A stretch of 64,000 nucleotides of DNA from positions 1 to 64,000 of the forward strand of contig MU008177.1 in assembly GCA_010909165.1 (NCBI GenBank), in the 5' to 3' direction. The translations under genes and the position numbers were made by a program. A model generated the notes under the pieces. The model searched no databases. It was not told the DNA's origin and saw only the letters and a list, made by a program, of their open reading frames with translations. Positions 51,401-64,000 of this stretch are shown here, piece by piece (position 1 is the first letter of the stretch; each line of letters starts with the position of its first letter). This DNA is from Anthoceros angustus (Eukaryota; Plantae; Anthocerotophyta).

Positions 51401-53776
51401 AGAGTGGAGAGACCACCAAGAGAAAGGCATGAGTCACCCTGTGAGGGGAATGAGAAGACAAAGGCTTTGAAGGATCTCGACCATCCGCCTAATTGATACT
51501 CCATTAGTGAAGCAAGCCTGTGAAGTAGAGGAGTTGGAGGTGAGAGCCGCCGCCGTGATGCCAAGCGATTGCCCCACCGTGGGAGAAGGATAGCAAGGCT
51601 ATCAAGGAGATGGCGTTGGCAAAGGGCGCCTAGTTGACCTGGAGAGAAGGTTGGGGCTCAGCAAGATTGAAGAACAAAGGTCGAGACAAGAAAGTAGGGA
51701 GCGAATGAAGGAAGTGGCTACCTCAATCGTAAGATTGAGGCTGTCCATGTGGGAAGGAGTGGCGGCAACTCTTGAGTGAGAAGAAGAGAATAGGGAGACT
51801 GAAGGCATCCGGGAGGCGGGGTGCCAAGCCAAGAATGAAGAACTGGAGGCCAAGCTCAAGGAGGAGGAGGAAGGACAGCCACATGGAGCAAGGAGCGTGA
51901 GGAGCTCTGAAGCAAGCGGAGGCGACCAGCGGTGGAAGGAAGAGGTAGCCCACGGAGGAAAATGATGCATCGCATCTTGGTCGTCGGGAAGCAACGCTTC
52001 CATGATTATGCATGGCGCAAGGGATCTTGGAGGCATGGAAGAGATGCGGAGAATGTCACTGACCGTTTGAGTGAGGTGACGCTTGAGAGGGATGCTTTTG
52101 CGTAAGATAGCCTCGGAGAGTGGCACGAGGAATTTGATGAGATTTGTTTGAAGGGCCGGAGATGCGGGTCCACTTACATGCTAGGGTCAACAAGTTTGCC
52201 AAGGAGATGCGTTCCTTGTTGACAAGGAAGTTGTTGGGTCCCCACGATGACGAGATTTTGGAATTGCGACCCTCGGAGATTCGGGACTTGGAGAGTGAAA
52301 TGGATGCAGAAGGCTCAATGTGGGAGGAGCCAATGGAAGAGGAGGAGATTTCCAGCAGGCCGGTAGGGTTGGTGGGGGTGTCTGGCGGCAGGACAGGAGC
52401 TGCACCAACACCCAACCGCCTGGAGGTAATTGGCGGTCTGAGATGGCTCTGAGAGGCCGGTGCCTCTACAAGAGCGCCTGCAAGAGGGGTGGCGTTCAGG
52501 CCCTCAGCAGTCGGCATCGCCGAGACAGTGTGGAGGTTCACAGCCGCGAGAGTGAAGAGATCCGGACGGGACTCCCAAGCCAAGAGGAGGAAGACGGTGG
52601 TTGGGCGCACAGCCAACACCAAGAAGAAGTAGGCGAGATAGTTGGTAGGGGAGTGAATGGGTCATTAAGACCCTAGGGGTTAGTGGGATTGTTAGGAGGT
52701 AGGTTAAGAACCTTTTAAGAGGCCACCTACTTAAAAACCGTAAGCAACCCCACCTACCCCACCAGACTTAATTAATGCTAGGGTTTGGGGGAGCTCCTAT
52801 AAGAGGGGGAGGAGCTCCCATAATAAAATGTCATGCCTTGCTCTCCTGACCTGTGTGTGCTTGTTTGCTACGCAAGCGTGCGTGCCCACTGTGTGAGGGT
52901 GCATGGTGTCTGGTAGGGTCTTGAGGTGCGGGGCCCAAACCTTTCTTTGTGGAGGTAGCAGCTGGGTAGCGTTCGAGCGGTGAGGGAGCGGCATTGTGGT
53001 TGCATGCGGTGCGCAGTGTAAAGGAAGACCCCTAGCAAAATCCGGCCGGGGCGTCACACAGCCAAATGTCTGGCCTAGGTCCGTGAGGGCACTGCCCTAT
53101 GATCTCGAGGCGATTCTTTTGGGGAGGCCGGGAGGGCGCCCGGGGCGATAGTTAGCTAGGAAGAGTGGAAGAGGTAGATTAGAGAAGAGAGGAGAGAGGA
53201 GAAAGAGAGAAAAGAAAAGAAAGAGAGAGCGAGAGAGAGTGAGGCGAGAGAGGGGGAGAGAGGAGCTAGAGAGGATAGGGAGCAAGAGAGGAGAAGGAAG
53301 GAGCAAGAGAGAAAGAGAAAAGACAAAAGAGAGAGAGGAGGAAGAAACCTAGAAAAGAGGGAAGGTGAAATTTCAAGCATGTGACAAGAGCTTGAGGGGC
53401 GGCCCCAAATTTGTCATGAGAAGGGTCTTAGGGAGTGTAGGAGCTACTGGTGGGAGGATTGCCTTGTCACGGTGATTTGGGGTCCCCAAGGTGCACTGAT
53501 TAGGCGGTGCCTCTCGCGGCGTAGTCCAGCGAGTCATCGCGTGGGGTAGTGTGACTTCTGGGGTGGGTCACCGGGCGGGCGGTAGTAGGAGGCGGTTAGT
53601 CGGTCGGCGCTGTCACGAGGTCGATTAGAGTCGAGAGGTCGGTCGGGGCGCACCTCCATCCGCGGGAAGGGCTCCCCACTCCTTCGTGGGCAGAAACCTC
53701 ATGTCTGAGGCAACCGATTGGGATAAGTGTGGCCATTACGAGAGGGTTCCGGGGGTCCCGGGAACCTCCCACCACA
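48473..53776 (+). mobile_element. TGTGG...CCACA unit, copy T2 (5304 bp), TSD AAAAG, with internal TATA-like box and accessory ORF
   Basis: AAAAG at 48468-48472 and 53777-53781. CCCTATATAT near 49250. Decayed ORF about 49340-52670 (WVYDRHWAYSNVELVESC, LSTYLVQLWG, LLGPHDD), with about 0.9 kb internally duplicated. Confidence 0.9.
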
Positions 53777-53781
53777 AAAAG

Positions 53782-54615
53782 GCATATAGTATAAACTTAA
53801 TTCCTTATACACATGAAATATTATGAAAAGAATAGAATAAAATTGTAAGATTCAAACTCGATGTTGATCACAAAATGCATATAGTATGAACTCAATTCCC
53901 TAGACAAATAAATTGATTGGATTAGAAATATAACACCTATACATCAGCTTTTCTTTTTTTCTTAGACTGGGTACTCCTTTAGCGATATCATCGTTGGCTT
54001 TTTTCATTTCTTTTGGGACATGGTTGTTGGTCATGTGTGTTTTGATGGGTGCTCTCATGCATTCATAAAAGCAAAATAGAATACAAAGTTAGGATTCCCT
54101 TAGCATATAGGTAGACTATTACTACTAGGAAAGGAGTGGTATTATCACACCTTATATCACAGTTTATGTAGCCTATTATAACTATATACGATCTTGTCAC
54201 ACTTTTGGAATGGTGGAGGTAAGGTAACCGAACCCCTTGGTGGTGTAACGCTGCTTATTACGGCACTACGCGAAAGCATATCACCCACTGTCCGAGTGTG
54301 CATTGGCCCCGGCCTGACACTAGACTCTGTAAAGAGAATTAACAATGCCTTCCATTTTCTATTTTGGCTTTGGATTTCTACTCGACAATGACTAAAGGCA
54401 TATAGTATAAACTTAATTCCTTATACCATGAAATTTTATGAAAACAATAGAACAAAATTGTAAGATTCAAACTCGTTGCTGATCACAGAATGCATATAGT
54501 ATGAACTCAATTCTTTATACAAATAAAATGATTGGATTAGAAATATAACATCTATACATCAGCTTTTCTTTTCTTCTTAGACCGAGTACTCCTTTAGGGA
54601 CATCATCGTTGGCTT
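53782..54615 (+). repeat. AT-rich direct repeat of about 225 bp (53782-54000 / 54398-54615)
   Basis: Both copies start GCATATAGTATAAACTTAATTCC and end ATCATCGTTGGCTTT. Similarity continues across the T2 insertion (TACTCGAC...AAAG at 48455-48472). Confidence 0.88.
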
Positions 54616-55095
54616 TGTCATGACTCAAGACGTCATTGATTTGCGATGTCTGATTAATTAATTTAAGTCTATAAGGCCTGCTCTAGAGAGGCATATTAGA
54701 CACTAATTTAAGTATTTTAAGAAATAATTTGCAGAGTGAATTACAAAACTGAAAGAAACCAATGTGAAGAGAGCTCAATTGAACAAGTTAATTATAATTG
54801 ATTGGAATGTGAAGAATTCAAAGAAATTATAGTTAATTGGAAAGCAGTTATTGAAGACCATAACTTTAATAAGTTTCACATGGAGCTTGACTGTTGGTTG
54901 TATCGTTAAGAAACAATTAATAGAATGCTATATAAAAATTTTATTACAAAAAAATAGGCATTCTTTTGAAAGCTCGTGAAAGCTACATTTTCTTGTTCTA
55001 GTTGGATAAGCTTAGAATTTCTTACTCTAGCTTGATCATCTTGAGACACCTTACTTTCAAAAGAATGCTCGTTTTGTTCTACTGAACATAATTCT

Positions 55096-55575
55096 ATGAG
55101 TGATGATGATAAAAATGGAGAAATTTTCATTATTATGGGATCTATGTTTAGTGGCAAGACAAGTTACTTATTAAGAAGTATACAATTAGAACGAGAAGCA
55201 TATAGATTAGTTCCTATTTTAGTTAAATCCGACAAAGATAATAGATATGCAATTAATGCAGTCGTAGCACATGCAAGAGAATAATTAGATTGTCCAACTA
55301 TAGCATTTGATAGAATTTTGTGAAGAGTCAGCCAAAAAAGGAAAGAAAGTTATAGTGGTAGGATTGGACGGGAATAGCTGTCGAAAACCATTTGGAACAT
55401 TATTAGAATTTATTTCATTAGCAGATAGAATAGAAAAATGGTTGGCCAAATGCAACTTATGTGGTAAGGGAGCATCATTCGCAATAGAACTAGAAAGCTA
55501 TCACCGCAAATCGCTGTTGGAGGAGAAGATATTTACATGTCATTATGTCGAAAGCACACTTATTTGGAGAAGTAA
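55096..55575 (+). pseudogene. Intronless thymidine kinase (TK1 family) pseudogene
   Basis: GEIFIIMGSMFSGKTS (P-loop), KSDKDNRY, VIVVGLDG...RKPFG, KWLAKCNLCG and, after a frameshift, IAVGGEDIYMSLCRKH. The DEAQF segment is deleted and there is a premature stop. Confidence 0.9.
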
Positions 55576-55739
55576 GCAATGAATAACTAGGAATGAGTTG
55601 ATTATGTTTAGATATTTAGTGGTATAGATTAGTTTATTAGTTGAGCAATACTAATTGAGTGAGACCTCTCACTTTGAAAGCTTATGAGTTGTCATATTTG
55701 GGAAAAGAACCAAAATAATTTTTTCAATGAAAATCATAA

Positions 55740-56878
55740 TTAATCATTGGGAATCAAGGGTGAAATTAGAGGTTTGATTTGCTCAAACATCCAATTAGTG
55801 ATAGAGAGAAAGAGATTCGGGATGCCTAAAATGGGTTTCATCTTCTCAAAATGTCACTATTCTCAACGTTGGTGGCCTCAGAGCTTCACTCCCAAACACT
55901 CCCCCTACTTGCCACGGGCAACAAAACCTCTCCTGAGACACAATTGCAACGTTAGGCCTGGCGACGCTTCCCAGCTGTGGCCAATTTTGCCAAAAGTCCT
56001 CCTCCCAGGGCAAGGCGCCGTCAGCGAGGTGGTCGCGATGCTCCTCCTAGCGCTCTTTCTTCCACAATCGCGAGGTCACAGGCGCCTAACGGTGCCTCCT
56101 CGCCCCTCGACCTCCGCTCCATTTCATGACACTTAACGCTCCTCGCCTCCCACAAAGGTGTCCGAGAAGCTCCTCAGTGCTCTAGAGCGCTTGGTGTCTG
56201 CCTCCTCTTCTTCTCCCTCGTGCTTCAGCTAGGGCTTCCTTCTTCTTCTTCAGCTCGCGCGCCGTCTTCCTTTCGTTCGCAAGCAGCGGCGATGGCGATG
56301 GCAGCCTCCCTTTTCCTTCTTCTTCTCCTTCTTCTTACGCTCCAACTTCAGTCCGTCGCGAAGTGAAGGCGGGCGCTGCCTGAACAGCAGTTTGCCCTCC
56401 TTGGATGGCTGCCATCTGGAGGTCTCTCAACCCTAGATTGGATTAACTGTCTTAAAATACCTATTTCTGCCTAAGTTGCCTATTTCTCTGTCCTATTTGC
56501 AGCCCCTAATTAATTACCTTCTAATTAATCCTATATATTTATTCTCCTATTGATGGGCATATATAGTGGATATCCCCTTATTCTAATTCCTCTTTTTAGA
56601 CGAGATCACACCCACCCAGAGTCCGTCAGCCACACGTAGTTCACCCTTTTTCACCCTCTGAGTGTGGCAGACAGTCCGCCACCCTACCGCCTGAGCCGCC
56701 TTCGTCTCTATTGGCTTGAATTCGCTTTCTTCTCCCGGATATCCCCTCGCCTTCCTAAAGATCCTACAACTCCAGCTTCAAAGAATCCAGAAAATTCTGC
56801 ATGATCCCTCCAATCGATCTTAGCCAAAAAAATGAAGTTCGCTCAGCTCTTTTGGTCAGCCAAACTTTGCATTCCCAT
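55740..56878 (-). mobile_element. Second family-H-like terminal fragment
   Basis: 56220-56878 aligns with 45200-45892 (GCATATATAGTGGATATCCCC; terminal AACTTTGCATTCCCA). Confidence 0.7.
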
Positions 56879-56883
56879 GTAGG

Positions 56884-59800
56884 GATGTGGAGCCTGCCTT
56901 GCGGGCTTAGGCCATGAGGCCCCATCATGGTCCAAGGTGGTTGCTATCCACGGAGAGCTAGCACACGCCAGGTATGAAACTTCCTTGTGGTTGCAATGTG
57001 CACAACCGCAAATGACAACGACCAACGACTTGTGGAATGCGGATGCAAGATGAATGTTCCGGGCTCTGTCCCTTGGCTCTCCCCATTTACATGAGCCTCT
57101 TGGGACATGCCTCACATCATCTACTACGGCCAGCCAAGCACCATCAGGCTGCACCTCCTGAGGTAGGAAATGAGTTGGGTTTTGTTTTTTGTAGGTCCGG
57201 AGTAGAAAATAAGGCGGAAAGGAAGGAATAGGTTCGAGTACTCGGACTACACCGAGAGTAGGTTGAAGGACTCCGGAGTGCACCGCGAGGAGCCACGCAC
57301 ACCGGAGGGGCCCACGCATAAATGTCAGGTAAGTCCGGACCACACTCGGAGTAGAATGGGACACGCCAAGTAAAGTAACTGAGAGGAGTGGTTTAGATGT
57401 ATGGCGCCACGTGACTGATCAGTGGTAGACGGGCATGCAGACCGTAGGGGTTGCCAGTGGGCCCGTTATAGGTGTATTCACCCTCCTGCACAAGGCAAGA
57501 GCGCAGGTAAGCGGGCGTAAGGCGAGTAAGCCATGCGATGCTCGCGATGACGACAACAAGAGCCGCTCTTCCATGCTACTCACGACGAGAGAAGCGAGGC
57601 GGAGGTCATTCTTCCAAACAACTTTGCGGCGATTGACTCTCTCGCCGTGACACCCGGCTCATGTCTTTCGATCGCCAGTGCCTTCCGTTCGACTTGGCGA
57701 GGAAGCAACCGACGCTGCGCCGAGGAGCGAGAGATTGTGGAGCCTCACGCTCAACAATGAACAAGGAGTGTGGGGATGGGACCCAAGAAGGTGGGAGCCA
57801 TGGCGCTGGTGGAGCGCAACATCGCCACCAAGCTACCCGACTTCGCCCGGCCGGAGGAGGCGAGGAGGTGGAGGAATGGCACTGGACATTTTCCGTGCCG
57901 TCGACCTTTCGGCCACACCCTAGTCCGGAGTACGCCCGGAAGATATTGGCAGCGGCCAACAAGGAGGTCCGATCCAAGAACCTGCGGGAGGACCCTAGGG
58001 GGTGGACCGCGGAGGTCCTGAGGGTGGTTTACAACCGCCCAGTGGAGGAAGTAGGAGGAGTAGTACCGGAACCCCTGAAGGTGAAGGGGAAGGTGGAAGC
58101 GGCCAGGGCGGCCCTTTTGCGACCAGGGACGCAGCGATCCTCCAACGGGTGGCTGATGTCGGACCTCCTGGACAGGAGGGTACGATCAGTGGCGAAGATT
58201 ATCGTCCACTGGAACATGCTCACCAAGGTGGACCACCTTGGGGATAATCTGTTAGTGTTCCTCCACGACCTACAGAAGGGGAAACGCGCCGACTGGGGTA
58301 GGATAATCTTCGCCCGGGTCAACCAGGAAGCTCGGCCGAGGTGCGAGAAGCCACCTCCGCCGCGTTCGTCACTGCTGATCCATGTGTGGGGGCATAACCT
58401 CAAGGAGGGTGAGGAGGAGGAGGAGGCGGAAAGGGCTGGCTCACCGGAGGCGTAGAGTGCAGAGGCGGAGGCCCGCCCGGGCCCGGAGCAAGAGGGTCCG
58501 GGAGGAGGACGACTAGGAGGGAATTCACCATACGCCTGAGCGGACCTCGCCACCTAGGGAAGTGTGGAGGACATCCCCGCTTCTCTCCCCGGTGCCCCCA
58601 CCGAGCAGGCAGGAAGAGGCGCCACAGATGAGTTGGCGGTTCCAGCCCCAGGGGCGAGCCAACAACAACGACAAACCGCCGAGGCGGAGGAGGCGAGGCT
58701 CGTGAAGGCGGAAGACGCACCAACGAAGACCAGACAAGACCTGCCTTGCCTCGCCAACGAGTGCAAGAAGTGAGGAGGAGGCGGAGAAGGAGGCGGAGAA
58801 GGAGGCGGAGGAGGCGGGCGGAGGCCAGCGGCAGCCCGAGCTGTCGCATCCCCGAGGAGAGGCAAAGGGCTGCCCCGACCCTTCACCACCTCCGAGCCCT
58901 GTGAGGAGAAGAGCGGAGAAGGAGTTAGCGCCAAGAGGGCCAAGGAAGGCGAGGCTGGACTACCAAGACCAGACTTAAGGGTCATTAGGTCCGAGAGCCC
59001 CGACTCGCCCGGATCTCAGATGGTAGTCCTTGACGGACCAGAGATGCCCGCTACTACGCCGACTTCCGGCATCTCAACCGGCCGGAAGAACGCTCTAGCT
59101 ACCGCCATGGACGGTATGCTTTGGGGCCTCACAATGGAGAAGACCCAAGAAGTGGAGGCCACCCGGAGGATGGTGGAACTTCAAGGGCAGGTAGAGGCGG
59201 CCCGGATAAGAAGAAGGCGGAGTCCCTCGCCCGAATCGAGGAGGGAAAACGCCGGGAGGCGGAGCGGGAGGTCCGGACGGTTCAAAGAAGACCGACTAAG
59301 ACCCTTCACCAGGCACCTGAAGGCAGTGCAGGAGGCCCAAGCACGGGCTGAAGACCTCTACAAACGGAGGGAGGAAGCGCAGAAGGAGGCGGAGGAGGTC
59401 GTGGCGGGCGGAGGCGGAGCGGAGGGACGAGAGCTCGGCTAGTTCAACACTGGCGTGAGGCTCGGTGAAGGCGGCGCGGAGGCGGAGGCGGAAGCCGGCT
59501 AAGGTCGGCAGGATCACTGGCGTGATCGGGCCGGTGGAGGAGGCGAGTGCTGCCATGACTAACTGGCCGAACAGTGGCAGGAACAGGCGGCCGTGAAGAA
59601 GAAATGGAGGCCGGCACCGGGAAATAGGGGACCTCTCAGTGCAAATTGCCGAAGCAGAGGCGGAGGCGGAGGCGAAGAAGAAGTGAGTCCCTCGAATCGA
59701 GGCCGGGAGGCGGAGGCGGGAGGTCCGGACTCGAGGTCCGGACCACGAGGTCCGGACCAAGACCCTAATTTGTCACAGTGAGCGTCTTGAGAGGCCCAAG

Positions 59801-62800
59801 CACGGGCTGAAGACCTCTGCAAGCGGAGGAGGCGGAAGGAGGCGGAGGAGGGTCGTGGCGGGCGGAGGCTTGCGGCCCCGACTGGCGGCTAGACCAACAC
59901 AAAGCGTGAGGCTCGGTGAAGGCGGCGCGGAGGAGGCGGCTAAGGTCGGCCAAGGATCACTGGCGTGATCGGGCCGGTGGAGGAGGAGCGGGGTGGCAGC
60001 TAACTACAGAAGGCAGAGCGGTAGCAGACAAGCAGGCGAGCCGTGAAGAAGAAATGGAGGCCGGCACCGGGAAATAGGGGACCTCGTGCAGTGCGAGCGA
60101 GAGGAGGCGGCGGAGGCGGAAGGCGGCAAGGACACCACAGGCGCAACTCAAGGCGTCGGAGCAACACAGGATTCTCAATGGGAGAATCAAGACTTCGAGC
60201 AGAGATAGAGCGCTCGCAAAGAGCCGGAAGAGAATAGGCGGCGATCAAGGAGTTGGAGCGTCGCTAAGGAGCCGGAGGAAGCTAGGGAGCCGGCGGAGAT
60301 ACCGCCCGCCTGGAGAAGGAAGTGGCGACCTCGGGTAAGGATGAGCGGAGGGGAGAGCTGGAGGAGGAGCGAGGCTTGCTCCGTTGCGGGAGGCGGAGGA
60401 GGCCAGCTCCATGGCAAATCGGGTGGAGCTAGCAGCGAGGAGGAGGAGCACGTCGAGCAAAGGCTGCGGGAAGTGTCGGAGGCCGCCTTGGCGGCATCAG
60501 TCTGCCCGGCCGGTTGGCGAGCCTGGCGTGAGACGATCCAGCAAAGCCGGACAACACGCCCATGCTTGAGCACCTCTGGAGGAGGAGGCTGGGTGCTCCG
60601 GGCCCATGTGGAGGAGGCAATTCAACAAGTCGATTCGGACTTTGCCTACTACTGCTGAGCTCCTCAAGGCCTGGAGGCCTTGCGCCACCTCGGCGGTGGG
60701 CGGACTTCCAGACGGGTCGAAAGGAGGAGGCGAGGGAGGAAGGCCCCAGAGACCAGCCACTAGGACCTTAGGGCGCTTTTTGATGTGACAGCAGGTGAGC
60801 AGTGGAGGAGGCGGGGCAGGAAGGTCGGCCGGAGGTAAGCACTCACACCTCGGACGGAAGGAAGGGAGGAGGGCCACAGGAGGCCGTAGAAGGGCGCATC
60901 CAGGAAAACCGAACCAGGAGGGCTCGGTGGGTGAGCCATTGATAAAATGGGCGAGCCCGGTGCTCGTGGTCCGGACTTTGTCCTGACTCTGAAAGGCGGA
61001 CCCCAAGGTCCGCCTCCTGAAAGTCTGGACTCGAGGTCCGGACTCGAGGTCCGGACTCGAGGTCCGGACCACGAGGTCCGGACTCGAGGTCCGGACTCGA
61101 GGTCCGGACTCGAGGTCCGGACCACGAGGTCCGGACTCGAAAAGAAGAAGACCCAGGTCCGGACTCAGAAAGAAGACCGGACCACGAGGTCCGACCCAAA
61201 AAGGACCTAACGAGGTCCGGACTCGAAAAAGACCGGACCCGGTCCGGACCTTAGAAGACCGGACCTAGAGGTCCTAGACTGAGGTCGAGATTGGACCACG
61301 AGGTCGACGGGGAGTAGAAGGAGCCACCAACCACCGATACAGCAACCATCTCTTAGAGGGCCATTGTACTGAGGCCCACCAAATGAGACAAGAGAAGATG
61401 GGAGGAGGACTTGGTGGTGACGCCTTCAAAGAACTGTCACGAGCTCGACAGAGTCCCGGGAGGTAGGGGCCCGCCTCGCGGATCATCCGATTGTGCGCTT
61501 GTCGTGGCTAGGGCTTGGGCCGCCAGTCAAAAATAGATCACCAAACCCCGGCCGTAGTAGATAGGCGGAGAAATAGTAGACGCCCACGATTAAGGCGCCT
61601 TTGGACCATCGGTGAGAATAGGGTGTAATAAAGACGCCGACCTTGGACGTAGTATAAGAGGGCTGGTGCTCTAGTAAAGTATCTTTCTCTTGGTGTTGAT
61701 GCGTTCCTCGCAGCCCTTGTGCGCCTTGCTAGCGTGAGTCCCGAGTCAAGCGATGCCCGGGAGACTGATCAAGGTCCTGGTGACGGACCCTAACGTGTGG
61801 TGGTGTGTGCAGGGAAGAGCGATCAAGGACCCTTGCTCGTCCCGAGCGGCAGCCCAGCGTCGGACGGACTGGAACGTGTGAGCCGGAGGGACTCCGGGAG
61901 GGTGTGTAGAGCCCGGACGGAGAAGCCTGGCAGAGCGACGGAGGAGGTCTGGACCGCGCAGCCACCCGCGATTTTCTCCAAGGACGATGAGTGTAGTGTG
62001 AATGGTGAGAGGAAGCGCAGAAGGAGGCGGAGGAGGGTCGAGGCGCGGAGAACGCCACGACCGCCGAGGCCGGCAACACCAAGCCGGGCGAGGCTCGTGA
62101 AGGCGGCGCGGAGGCGGAAGCCGGGCTAAGGTCGATCGATCACCGACGTGATCGAACCGTGGAGGGAGACGGGGTAGCCGCTGCAACTCAAGGCCGAACA
62201 GTGGCATGAGCAGCAAGAGCCGTGAAGAAGAAATGGAGGCCAAGACCCGGAAATAGGGGACCTGTGGTGCAACTGCAGAAGGAGGAGCGCAAGAGCCGGA
62301 AGGCAAGAAGACACCGAGCCGCAACTCCAAGACGCGGAGCAACACGGGATTCTCAACGGGAGAATCCAAGACTTCGAGCAGGAGATAGAGCGTCTCCAGC
62401 TTCGCTTGAAGACGGAGGAGAATAGGCGGCGATCCAAGGAGTTGGACGTCGCCAGGCTGAAGAAGGAGCTGGAGGAAGCTAGGAGCCGGGCGGAGATACC
62501 GGCCCGCCTGGAGAAGGAAGTGGCGACTGCAAGGATGAACGGAGGGACGAGAGCTCGGAGGAGGAGCAGAGGTCGCTTGTCCGATTATGGAGGCGAGGGG
62601 AGCGAAGCCCATGGCCAAACCGTGGAGCTACAACGACGGAGGAGGAGCAAGCAGCAAAGGCCGCAGGAGGTGTTTGAGGCCGCCTTGGCGGCATCAAGGA
62701 GTCCGCCCGGCCTGGGCTGGCAAGCCCGGCAAGGAGACGATCCAAAGAAGCCGACAACACGCCCAACTGCCGAGCACCTCTGGAGGAGGGAGTACCGGGT

Positions 62801-64000
62801 GCTCCGGGCCCATGTGGAGGAGGCAATTCAACAAGTCGATTCGGACTTTGCCTACTACCACGGAGCTCCTCAAGGCCTGGAGGCCTTGCGCCACCAGTGG
62901 ACGGACTTCCACGGTCAAGGAGGAGCGAGGGAGGAAGGCCCCGAGATAGACACGCCACGGGACCTTAGGAGCGCTTATTTGATGACGACAGCAGAAAAGC
63001 GAGGGGAGCATGGAGGAGCAGGACGCAGGAAGGCCGCTACCGAGGTAAGCACCACACCTCAAAGACGGAAGGAAGGGAGGAGGGCCCCGGGAGGCCGAGA
63101 AGGGCGATCCGGAAACCCGAACTACGGAGGGCTCTGCAGAGCCATTGATAAGTCCAATGGGGCGAGGCATGAGTCCGGACTTTGTCCTGACTGAAAGGCT
63201 GACCCCGAGGTCCGGACTGAAGAAGACCGGACCACGAGGTCGAGATTGGACCCCGAGGTCCGGACCACGAGGTCCGGACTCGAGGTCCGGACTCGAGGTC
63301 CGACTCAGAGACCGGACCTGAGGTCCGGACTCAGAGACCTGAGAGGTCCTGACCTAAGAAGACCGGACGAGGTCCGGACTGAAGAAGACCGACCTGATCC
63401 GGACTCAGAGAAGACTGACCTAGAGGTCCGACTGAGTCGAGATTGGACCCCGAGGTCCGAGTGGAGCAGAAGGAGCCACCAACCACCAAATCGTAACCAT
63501 CTCTTAGAGGGCCCACGACAAGGGCCCACCACGAGACAAGAGAGATGGGAGGAGGACTTGGTGGTGACCTGTCGCCGTCCGTAGCTCACCGACAGAGTCC
63601 CGGGAGGTAGGGGCCCGCCTCGCGGATCATCCGATTGGGTGCAGCTTGTCGTGGCTAGGGCTTAGCCGCCAAGGCGGAATCAGAGCAACCCCCACCACCG
63701 ACGGCGAGATAGGCGGAATAAGGAAATAGTAGGCGGCCGATGGGGCGCACCAGCCGCCATCACCTGTAATAGGTGTAATAAAGACGCCGACCTTGGGCGA
63801 GTATAAGAGGGCCGAGGTCGCCTAGTAAAGTATCTTTCTTGGTGTTGATGCGCTTTCTCGCAGCCCTTGTGCGCTTCTGCTAACGTGAGTCCCGAGTCAT
63901 CGAAAGGTGCCCTGGGAGATCGATCAAGGTCCCGTGACGGACCCCAACGTGTGGTGGTGTGTGAAGAGCGATCAAGGACCCTTGCTCGCCCGAGCACCTC
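56884..64000 (+). mobile_element. Family-B accessory-ORF region with LTR-like tail, tandemly reiterated
   Basis: ORF 57661..58455 (KIIVHWNMLTKVDHLGD...GKRADWGRII...SSLLIHVWG) and a decayed coiled-coil region. 60126-61870 recurs at 62303-64000 (offset about 2.18 kb). TATA/polyA-like AATAAAG...GTATAAGAGGG at about 61630-61660 and 63780-63810. Confidence 0.6.
61027..61290. repeat. 13-14-bp minisatellite (GGTCCGGACTCGA / GGTCCGGACCACGA); second array at about 63200-63450
   Basis: Read directly. Units contain the palindrome GTCCGGAC. Confidence 0.9.

Noticed and set aside
53782-54615. TRIM element suggested by the direct repeat pair
   Set aside because: No TG...CA ends, PBS or PPT, and the similarity extends across the T2 insertion site, which fits a simple duplication.
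57661-58455. env-like gene call for the accessory ORFs
   Set aside because: No signal peptide or transmembrane segment is evident; the proteins look soluble and coiled-coil.

Overview
Eukaryotic, plant-type nuclear DNA with short spliceosomal introns; a non-seed land plant is likely (inference only). Four host genes look intact: RPS3/uS3 (-), SKI2 DExH helicase (+, head-to-head with RPS3), a PQ-loop transporter (+) and an intronless CENP-O (+). The rest is mostly nested, decayed mobile DNA: a Tat-type Ty3/gypsy element with an extra RNase H inserted about 40 bp after the SKI2 stop, a CRE/R2-type non-LTR 3' remnant, a PIF/Harbinger element, a Ty1/copia remnant, a duplicated DExH6-like pseudogene fragment and several minisatellites. 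The most unusual structure is a family of 2.7-5.3 kb TGTGG...CCACA units with perfect 5-bp target-site duplications. They have no gag-pol and no paired LTRs, but carry a TATA-like box and a long accessory ORF; one is nested in a relative, and the empty site is visible elsewhere in the window. An AT-rich island with an intronless thymidine kinase pseudogene may be foreign. No databases were searched; family calls come from motif recognition, and boundaries of decayed elements are approximate.
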